Shown one piece after another: positions 57,701 through 64,000 of a DNA stretch of 64,000 bases. The stretch is from a virus. A program made the position numbers and the translations under genes. Positions within the stretch are counted from its first letter, which is position 1; each line of letters opens with the position of its first letter. The stretch covers positions 1 through 64,000 of IMG/VR virus record IMGVR_UViG_3300021197_001653. The stretch is one strand, 5' to 3'. Below the pieces are notes generated by a model. It saw nothing but the letters and a program-made list of their open reading frames with translations, was not told where the DNA came from and did not search any database.

Positions 57701-58141
57701 GAAGTTGAAGGTAAAATAAAGAAAAGAACATTATTATTTAAACTATTAGGTTATGATAAAGATAATGCAGCTATTTTAAAAAGAGTACCTGTTCATGGTA
57801 AGAAAGATTCAAAAGGACATAGGATAGTAGAATGGTCATTTGGTAATGAAATAACTACAAAAGACAATGATATATTAATACAACCTACCACTGAAAATTT
57901 ACTTGAATTAGAAAACCAAATAGATGAAAGATATAATCCTGATAAAACCAAAGAAGATGATTTTGAAAATATGTCTGATTTAGATGAGAATATAACACAA
58001 GAAGTAAAAGAATTATGGGCTTTTCATTCCAAAGTAATATTAGAGAAACATAGTAATGTTACTATACAAGATTTCGCTGATATTGTAAATAAGAATGATA
58101 AGGAAGAAGTAGAAAACTGGATAAAAAATTGTTATGAGTAA
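51719..58141 (+). CDS. virion-packaged single-chain two-barrel RNA polymerase (phi14:2 gp66-like)
   Basis: 2140 aa; YRIPNQ and catalytic GSDFDIDK; TDAQAWI, QPLKG, LKYS, VKVG, YVDIAKD. Confidence 0.93.
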   Translation: MGKICNRLAVTNNQHSELFNTLLSIANNNEELADEYYAFFKSERFINDFGDYQDQYTNFDAANLKISEKRLDINHEPKLFLDKKYNSYYYKNKHHKKVYYPSSTRNLNVYYSSEAIDSISKILALDFLKPRIGDDFNDLNLNKEKGRLIDSIKNKLESKIKELKSGPSIIEKTKGGVLELTLPHLNEWVKNVEDYYKSINLNYVETTEQDDVDEDTSAPGHAYGLSSFEKNSKDNVTSNIKLRLSLLQHGTEVDYLFYEPILISFDEVNSSLQKTLTNSIALMKNGQQEDLFEIYKQEIHTLSLKKPYLKSLTAQLDNITDINLKSQFVRAFNLDKNNFIGTIYDITKDNIIVDVLNLSDVGSKTNMVKNNWTYSFIKTVSNSNLEIDEASITKINDIESAFKGFYGDKNSGFRKDVYKGTVNLERASDEIRNILNDLGINTTENGFNHYLDGLETSTADKDLRIENLSNLLSSVNYLFKSLKTITTKNYKDILNSQNEITNLAKAESFFISEGSDASIFSVGKSKWVYSNPSYLSNKVKEWNKDITYLDNHFNASEFNKGSHYMSTMLNTPSLVKNLTLNVFNSLQVKNDAVNASDGKTLSKNDALADSYNKILGYKKPGGKSYFNTPTPADKSTQYQIGIPNELMVETNASFDRDTNQVVINDSAYEILVSYIVSEHNRMRKVQKEIDSGTTTMIEHYHIGRKNGIKFQSIPELNHDNFKNLGFNFELYGESGEVLDIDLTVEAKAQIKEYIKDIVSKNIKVFYDTLFDKKLLSYNADGVIINKGIDSSIWSSYDSRFRPLKVASDIFINGLISQIEYSKMFSGDVAYYKNADDYKKRIPATYTDGLQLYTQSYDNPVDQNKENYFNIAVINNVVVKTPYYEELVKLVGEDIASKYSDINSTDAQAWITPERWKFLMVRLGKWSNVHDSIYDKFNNPNAEYTSTELKQVAQPLKGVYFEINNGVPVYLKYSQAVLVPNMVRNNKGLQTLVNKMKDADIQELITIDGVKVGAAKPVKTHTDEGIVLNNFELTPYQLKNSGWKLQQDLPIKTFKLTEVGSQIQKNIYAGLSSNLDKTFDVNDIEMSGSELIEYINNIVAQLSNKGKDRFTKEFDVDDNNKINNIDALTDTLLDELKTRGASKNVIQALESGITPYAIPGYQQKIQNVFASIVLKRLVKIKTNGGSFIQMSNYGLNKDEADNKGVIWTPWAKETTHEYEVIGEKNGRQIIRPAGMLISGSLIAKYIPNYKKYSTAQLFGTKENDYKDAMIDKRILDSIIGYRIPNQHLASNDALEVVGILPEEMGDTVIAYTGITTKTGSDFDIDKMYLMIPSIKAIRKDGDVSKLKYVEDEGLSLEDQSLAQLQNSLIQAYKAVILNENVIEDVMTPIDFDFIKDDILDLFPKDPIEAYDTFNINKDVDLKYEFMAGNAGIGQTANMLVDHNRGLMADIYLNDTDIGMGFKNDKGFTTFDTEYSEVLNEIKDPKLKSIKVAHSLSAIMNGYVDIAKDSYITRGNWTTQTANVGFMLIRAGVHPFKVNALLGQPIIREYVDFITNSESKIINETSNIKDKFKQEQIRKLLENDTSIITINGISLTKRKIYKLVDSKPTLNKLATIFKLKEADEEVLDLYKHLKSLDKLFEDTKSANASNLSLKDLRYNVKNPKSAKLQPEILNWFYELVDNSKKLVENINASKVDVNGYGKNIGSLIVTTNLINKLLNEKESGSFMGYASKLHYNNEPTILGAYTENSVNYIKDVMQANPLFFATANQSIINTFNDISKSITNENLMNPKLADKLEKDFYSYLLSGFEPLKTSQEEKEDLINNLPDRLMAYSKENENLFIKELDIKLGDDSIFYITMNNKKKTPEYQTELTNAWLDLIVENKKLGNDLIKYSYLTSGFKMNINQFYTYIPYQFFAEGHIDEYINETLFELSNSDISDKQFSTQFFSHNITDYQLVGKIHGSQLNKKGLSNPAGVILEPNENFKGVKEYYVYEVSSEVEGKIKKRTLLFKLLGYDKDNAAILKRVPVHGKKDSKGHRIVEWSFGNEITTKDNDILIQPTTENLLELENQIDERYNPDKTKEDDFENMSDLDENITQEVKELWAFHSKVILEKHSNVTIQDFADIVNKNDKEEVENWIKNCYE

Positions 58142-61100
58142 GATAAGTTGTATAAATATAAATAATAAGGAATATAAGGCTTTAGTAGAGGATAGTAATC
58201 TATCACCTATTGTAGTTGAATTTAAGATTGCTAAATGGCAAAGTGAGACAGGTTTAGACAGGTTTCCTTCTAAAGATGAATTAATGTCTTTTGATGGGGT
58301 TAGTTATAATTTAAAAGCTGTAGATATATTATCTTCTGATAAGGCTATACAAGTCTTTAAAAAGGGTAATAAGAACAACTGGGAGTTATCTAAAATTCTT
58401 ACAGAGCTTCAAATACCTAAAGAGCAGAAACAACTTATATTAGATAAGGGTTTGACTAATAAAGATGAAATCATATTAGCTTTATTAGCTGATAATAGTT
58501 TTGCTGTTGAAATTAATATTGCTACTACTAAATCAGCTAATAGTGTGGATGATTATGATACAGCCTATGAGCAGCAGTATGGTCAAGGAGATATTGTAGG
58601 AAGTAATACACAGCATTACTCAAATTTAACAGTTCCAGGTGGTATTAATTATACAGAAAATGAAATATCTACACCTGCTATAACACCTAATATTAAAGGT
58701 CATGCTCAATTTAGTACTAATCAAGGTATCGGATGGTTTAGGAGCGATGAACAAAAAGAAGATTCTAATTTAAGTATAGAAAAAGGACGTTTAATAGATA
58801 ATAAAATTTATACTAAAACTCGTAGAATACTAGAATTACAATCTGATTTATTTCAGAAAGGTAGAGATTCTAAGTTATTAGTTGGTGAGAGGTCAATAGA
58901 TGGAGGTGGTACATTTAATATAAAAGATCATGAATACAAAAGAAGTATAAATGGTGAATTTAGTGTAAGATCACCTGAAGATGGTTCTGATACTGTTGAA
59001 GATGGTGGTATTGTAGTAATAAAAAATATTTCAGAATCAGAATATTTTGATGCATTAAGAACATTAAATAATACTAATGAAGATAATCAATTTCTACAAC
59101 TTTTAAATAAAAAAGGTAATTGGGTTAATTTCTTTATTCAATCTATAGTACAAGATAGTATTAAGAAAGGTTATAAAAAAGTATTATTTCCTACAGGTAA
59201 TACTGCTGCTACTGTTGAAGGTCATACTACTATAGCTGATGATATAAAGAATACAAATAAAATAATAAAGATATTAGAAGATAATAAAGTAGAAAAAAAT
59301 CCTGATGTTGAATCACCTAGGCAAGCTTATAGATTTAAAATAAGTGAACATAATGATTATAACTATGCCGCAACACAATCTGAAGCTGAAGGAGATAGAA
59401 AAGCTAAAATTGATTACTTAAAATATAGAAATAAAGAAAGAAAAGAACAAGGTGTTGAAAAACTTGCTCCAATTGAAGCTTTTTATAATAATAAAGTAAC
59501 GAGAACACTTGATAAACTATATGCAGTAAATAAAATTACTGATAAATATGGTAACACTTGGAATGAAATAGATTTATCTCAAGATATAAGTCAAACGATA
59601 TTATTAAAAGATTTATTAAATGAGAATATAAAAGATAGAGTATTTGAAAATAACGTTACAACCCCTACATTTAATAATGATCCTAATTTAAGAGGTGATT
59701 TTGTAAAGACTATGAGGTTATTATTTAACAATAAGACATCTAATGTAATGGCTACAGATGTTTTAGAGAACATATTGAATAATTTTGAGGATATATCTGA
59801 TATATCTAAACCAGTATTGGAAAAGGTCTTAAAAAAACTACAGGTAACTAATGCTAAGGTTCTATTTGTTGGTCAAAGTAAAATGGCTACTGAAGGAGCT
59901 GTAATGCAATATAACCCTCATGATAAGACAATTAGAGTTTCTAAGAAGTTTTTAACAGGATTAGATCCTAAATTTTTAAGTAGAGTGTTTATACATGAGG
60001 TAGTGCATAGTGTAACCCACCATGTAATAACCAAACCTACCACAATGGAAGATAAGATATTTGGTGATTTCATCAAGAAGTCTTATGACTACTATAAATC
60101 TAAAATAGACAATGCGGATTCATATAACGGTTTCAAAAATATTGATGAGTTTATGGCTGATTTCTTTACTGATAAGGATTTTGCTAATAAAATTAAAGAA
60201 GTTGATAAGAAAAATAAAAATAAATCGTTTTTATCAAAATTAATATCATATCTTAAAACATTATTTGGTATAAATAAAAATGAAACTCCTGCTTATAATA
60301 AAGTAATGGATTCTATTTTATCTAATGCTAAAGTTGATGTATTAAACAAGAATTGGAATGATGTTGTTTTTGAAAAGAACATAACTGAAATTCCTGCTTA
60401 CTACAAGTTAGGTAGTATTGATAAAAAATTAAATTATTTTATTGATGGTATTAAAGATAATTTAGAAGAAAATATTAGAAATTATGATAATCTTATAAAG
60501 AAAGTTAAAAAACCTCAATCAATTAAATTATATAACGATAAACTAAAAGAATTATTATTTCATATTAATGAATTGGATGAAGGTAATAAATGGCAAGGTA
60601 TTTCTTTATTTGTAAATCAAATGAATAATAGTATTAATTCTCTTAAAGCAAAACTTCATACTGAAAACTTTCAAAATAAAGATGTAGTAACTACTATTAA
60701 TCTATATAATAAGTATTTAGAATCATATGATATTATTGAAGATATAAGACAATTTCTATCCGACACTAAAGCAGAAATTAAAACTGGTAAAGAAAATATT
60801 CCAGTTACTCTTGAAGATATTATAGCAATAAATGATGTATTAGAAGAAGCTAGTGGTCAATATAATGGTTTAAAAGGTGATGTATTTTCATATCTTAAAA
60901 AAGCATTCATTGAAAAGTATAATAAAAAAGAATATGCTACTGAAGTATTATATAAATATAGAAAGAAGCTAGGTAAACAATATAAAGATTTAAAGATTAC
61001 AGAATCTAAAAAATCTTGGGTTGCTAAACAAATGAATGGTCCTTATAAAGAAGAGATTGCTCAAAAAGTAAAAGAACATGTAACTGGTATTGTAGAAGAT

Positions 61101-63527
61101 CATGCATTTGATATAACAACAGCTACTGCTGTAATGAATACTAGTATTAATACTAATTCAAAGTTAGTTCAGATGTTACATAATTTAATTGCTAAAACTA
61201 GAGATGTAATTATAACAAAAACTAGAAAGAAGGATTTAGATTTAATTTCATTACATGATAAATTTATTAAAGATAAAGGTAATAAAAAACCTTCTGCTTT
61301 ATATAGTGAATTAATTGAGTATGATAAGGTTAGCGATAATTATTATCTAAAAGGTGAATATTCAATTAAGTTTAAACAAGAACATGATAAACAATTTAAT
61401 AAATATATTGAAGAACTTAAAGAAATTGCAACCAATAAAGGTACTAATTCTGATGAATATAAATATTACTTTGATAATTCTAATTTTAACAAATGGTTAA
61501 AAGATAATGTTGTTAAACAAGGTGATGTAGAAAGACCTTCTAATAAATGGAAAAATGATTTATCTAAGTTGTCTAATATAGAAAAACAAGTATTAAATGA
61601 ATTTACAAGTATTATTAAAGATACACAAAAGAAAACATTTAAAATAAATAGTTTAATTTCTAGACCTTTAAAAGGTGCTGTATATATGAAGTTACCATCT
61701 ATTACTAAGAAGGATTTAGAAAGAGCTCTAGAAGGTAATATAAAGGGTTTTTATAAAGACAAAATAAAAGATTTAACAAAAGTTAGAGTTGATGATATTG
61801 GTTATGAAACTAAACTAGTTAAAATGAATAATAAACCACTTAATAATGTTAAGATTAATTTTAGAGGTGATTTATCTAGTGACCAACAATCTTTAGACCT
61901 ATTTACTATAATGGCTTTGGAATATAAAAATGGTATTAATTATGAAGAAAAACATAAACTTGAAAATGATGCCCATATATTAAAAGAAATAGCTAAAAAT
62001 AAGAAATATTATGTTACATCTGCCGCTAGTAGGGTTCCAATTTTAGGAGCTCATATAAAGAGAAATAAAAGACTTATACAAGATGGTTCTACGAGTAATA
62101 CTTATAAAAGAATTAATAGCCTTATAGAGTCTAATGTATATGATATTTTACATAAAAATTCTGGTAAAATAGGTAAATACGATGTAAATAAAATTATTGG
62201 ATTTGTAAATGGATGGACGGGTGCTGTTGGTATGACATTAAATGAAGTTACAGCTACAGCCAATGTATTAAATGGTAAAGCTCAATTATTTTTAGAAGCT
62301 ATATCAGGTTCACATATTAAAGCTAAATCTATTGCTAAAGCTGAGAAATTATATTTTAGTAATTTAGGAGAAATCGTAAAGGATATAAAATCACCAGTTA
62401 AAAGATCATTTACTAATCAACTTACTGAAATGTTTGATACATTTGGTACAGTTAGTGTAGGTCAAAAACAAGCATTTATTAAAAACACAATGATAAAAGC
62501 TATTGGAAACTTTGGGTCTGGTCAATTTATGCAAGATTCAGGTGAACATTGGATGCAATCTGTATTAACAATGGGTGTTTTAGATAGTGTAAAAGTAATG
62601 AATTCAGATCATAACTTTATTGATAAAAATGGTAAAGTGGTTAAAACTGAAAAAGAAGCTGCTTCATTATTAGATATGATATCATTAGTAAATGGTGAAT
62701 TAAAAGTTAGTAAAAAATTCTTATATACATCTCATACACCTAATGTAGCATATAATGAAGGTGGTAAAGAATTAATAGATAAGTTTCTTAAAAAGAAAAT
62801 ATTTGATACAATGGGAGCGTATGATGTTAATATGCAACCTGAAGCTCAAAGACATGCTTTTGGTAAATTAACTTTAATGTATCGTAAATTCTTAGTTCCA
62901 ATGGGTGTAGCTAGATATAGAGGGTTTAGTACATTTAATAAATCATATGATGAGTTAAGACCAGAACAAAAATTTTTCTCAGAAGCATTACAAGAATATG
63001 AAGAAGGTTATTATACTTCAGCATTAAGATTTGTAAGTACAACTGCTTTACCTGCTCTAAAAGAACTTAATTATAAAATAATAAAAGAAAACTGGAGTGA
63101 ACTTACTGATTATCAGAAGAAGAATATTCATAAAGCAGTTACAGAAGTAGTTATTACAGCTGTCTTATTACCTTTATTATCTATAATATTACAATCAATG
63201 GCAGATGATACTGAAGATGATGAATTTTTATATTTTTTATTATTAGAATTTAGAAGATTAGAATCTGAATTGTCATCATATAGAAATTTAAGTGAGCAAT
63301 GGAGAATATTAGAGTCACCAATTCCTTCAGCAAGAATGGTTCAAAACTCAAGTAAACTTATACTTAGATTAATCAATCCTAGTCAATGGGGTGAAAGGTA
63401 TAAATCAGGTACAAATAAAAATATGTTTAGAATAAAAAGGGAAGTTGAAAGATTAACACCAATTTTAAATTCAAGAAGTATTACTTATAAAGATAAATAT
63501 AATTATATGTTAAAAATGGTGCAATAG
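58134..63527 (+). CDS. large polyvalent virion cargo protein with zincin metallopeptidase domain
   Basis: 1797 aa; FIHEVVH...DEFMAD zincin motif; N-terminal PGGINY..H..R..ELQSD domain; hydrophobic segment near C-terminus. Confidence 0.8.
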   Translation: MSKISCININNKEYKALVEDSNLSPIVVEFKIAKWQSETGLDRFPSKDELMSFDGVSYNLKAVDILSSDKAIQVFKKGNKNNWELSKILTELQIPKEQKQLILDKGLTNKDEIILALLADNSFAVEINIATTKSANSVDDYDTAYEQQYGQGDIVGSNTQHYSNLTVPGGINYTENEISTPAITPNIKGHAQFSTNQGIGWFRSDEQKEDSNLSIEKGRLIDNKIYTKTRRILELQSDLFQKGRDSKLLVGERSIDGGGTFNIKDHEYKRSINGEFSVRSPEDGSDTVEDGGIVVIKNISESEYFDALRTLNNTNEDNQFLQLLNKKGNWVNFFIQSIVQDSIKKGYKKVLFPTGNTAATVEGHTTIADDIKNTNKIIKILEDNKVEKNPDVESPRQAYRFKISEHNDYNYAATQSEAEGDRKAKIDYLKYRNKERKEQGVEKLAPIEAFYNNKVTRTLDKLYAVNKITDKYGNTWNEIDLSQDISQTILLKDLLNENIKDRVFENNVTTPTFNNDPNLRGDFVKTMRLLFNNKTSNVMATDVLENILNNFEDISDISKPVLEKVLKKLQVTNAKVLFVGQSKMATEGAVMQYNPHDKTIRVSKKFLTGLDPKFLSRVFIHEVVHSVTHHVITKPTTMEDKIFGDFIKKSYDYYKSKIDNADSYNGFKNIDEFMADFFTDKDFANKIKEVDKKNKNKSFLSKLISYLKTLFGINKNETPAYNKVMDSILSNAKVDVLNKNWNDVVFEKNITEIPAYYKLGSIDKKLNYFIDGIKDNLEENIRNYDNLIKKVKKPQSIKLYNDKLKELLFHINELDEGNKWQGISLFVNQMNNSINSLKAKLHTENFQNKDVVTTINLYNKYLESYDIIEDIRQFLSDTKAEIKTGKENIPVTLEDIIAINDVLEEASGQYNGLKGDVFSYLKKAFIEKYNKKEYATEVLYKYRKKLGKQYKDLKITESKKSWVAKQMNGPYKEEIAQKVKEHVTGIVEDHAFDITTATAVMNTSINTNSKLVQMLHNLIAKTRDVIITKTRKKDLDLISLHDKFIKDKGNKKPSALYSELIEYDKVSDNYYLKGEYSIKFKQEHDKQFNKYIEELKEIATNKGTNSDEYKYYFDNSNFNKWLKDNVVKQGDVERPSNKWKNDLSKLSNIEKQVLNEFTSIIKDTQKKTFKINSLISRPLKGAVYMKLPSITKKDLERALEGNIKGFYKDKIKDLTKVRVDDIGYETKLVKMNNKPLNNVKINFRGDLSSDQQSLDLFTIMALEYKNGINYEEKHKLENDAHILKEIAKNKKYYVTSAASRVPILGAHIKRNKRLIQDGSTSNTYKRINSLIESNVYDILHKNSGKIGKYDVNKIIGFVNGWTGAVGMTLNEVTATANVLNGKAQLFLEAISGSHIKAKSIAKAEKLYFSNLGEIVKDIKSPVKRSFTNQLTEMFDTFGTVSVGQKQAFIKNTMIKAIGNFGSGQFMQDSGEHWMQSVLTMGVLDSVKVMNSDHNFIDKNGKVVKTEKEAASLLDMISLVNGELKVSKKFLYTSHTPNVAYNEGGKELIDKFLKKKIFDTMGAYDVNMQPEAQRHAFGKLTLMYRKFLVPMGVARYRGFSTFNKSYDELRPEQKFFSEALQEYEEGYYTSALRFVSTTALPALKELNYKIIKENWSELTDYQKKNIHKAVTEVVITAVLLPLLSIILQSMADDTEDDEFLYFLLLEFRRLESELSSYRNLSEQWRILESPIPSARMVQNSSKLILRLINPSQWGERYKSGTNKNMFRIKREVERLTPILNSRSITYKDKYNYMLKMVQ

Positions 63528-63551
63528 GCATCGTTCATAGTTAAAGGGTCT

Positions 63552-63591
63552 AAAAAAAAGGATAGTGTCAATTAAGATGCTATCCTTTTTT
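63552..63591. terminator. bidirectional intrinsic terminator
   Basis: A-run-GGATAGTGTC-AATTAA-GATGCTATCC-T-run between convergent genes. Confidence 0.9.
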
Positions 63592-63641
63592 ATGTTTAAT
63601 ATAATTACAATTATTAAACTCTGCGTATTCTTTTTCTTTTT

Positions 63642-64000
63642 TTACAATTCTCCCTGTGTGCGATTTTTTTCTTTTCTAACATGTGTTTTATACAATGTAT
63701 AAAAATTTCCTGTATAATATTGTTTAATATTTTTATAATTCTCAATCATGAATTTACAGAATAATGGATGTTTATTATAGTTACTAACTAAATTCATAAA
63801 CGCATTCATAAAGAACATTTTTACTTTATATTTATCAAGTTTTATATGGTCTGGATGACCTATAATATATTTTGTTAATGTATCTATATATAATCTATCT
63901 GTAACAGCTCTTAACTTATCTACAAAATCTAGTTGTAAAAAATTATCATCAATTATATTATAAAAAGTTATCTCCCATACATAATTATATTCTGAGTTAT
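63642..64000 (-). CDS. partial hypothetical protein (start outside window)
   Basis: Open frame from the window edge: NSEYNYVWEITFYNIIDD...KNRTQGEL*. Confidence 0.6.
   Translation of the reverse strand, partial: NSEYNYVWEITFYNIIDDNFLQLDFVDKLRAVTDRLYIDTLTKYIIGHPDHIKLDKYKVKMFFMNAFMNLVSNYNKHPLFCKFMIENYKNIKQYYTGNFYTLYKTHVRKEKNRTQGEL

Noticed and set aside
5502-59773. Many minus-strand or nested ORFs within large genes (e.g. 6394, 10167, 13862, 18387, 22694, 28180, 44649, 51412, 56218)
   Set aside because: They overlap well-supported genes and show no recognisable motifs or initiation signals.
13573-63527. Stop-codon reassignment (TAG or TGA), known in some Crassvirales
   Set aside because: Late genes are full length under code 11, TAG ends terL, portal and the last cargo gene at sensible positions, and no suppressor tRNA was seen.
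1-64000. CRISPR array, canonical tRNA/tmRNA, integrase or transposase
   Set aside because: No regularly spaced repeats, no TTCRA/CCA cloverleaf and no recombinase motifs were found by eye.

Overview
This window is about 64 kb of a very AT-rich crAss-like podophage (Crassvirales; organisation like Cellulophaga phage phi14:2 and crAss001), read with the standard genetic code. A Bacteroidota host is inferred from six TTG-N20-TAnnTTTG-type promoters. 1-5196 (minus strand): early/accessory region of tiny, mostly membrane proteins, interleaved with structured non-coding elements, including a ~520-nt ROOL-like RNA and a second ~280-nt RNA. 5392-13582 (plus strand): small genes, a metalloprotease, a stand-alone ligase-Ia domain, PhoH, HU/IHF-like, GroES-like, a putative TerS and GroEL. 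13573-24416: TerL, portal, putative scaffold, MCP, ring and auxiliary capsid proteins. 24422-37723: cadherin/Ig/FN3 and modular fibre proteins, lysis genes and an exonuclease moron. 37785-63527: ring and muzzle proteins, then five ejected cargo proteins including the virion RNA polymerase (DFDID motif), closed by a bidirectional terminator. Main findings: (1) the 6554 aa of cargo proteins contain only four cysteines, all at adjoining termini of the three giant proteins, suggesting a head-to-tail disulfide-linked ejection chain; (2) a cluster of large structured ncRNAs in the early region; (3) a palindrome at fixed spacing upstream of the two head-gene promoters; (4) possible donor-strand complementation between fibre proteins. 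All family assignments come from motif recognition and synteny by eye, not from database searches.
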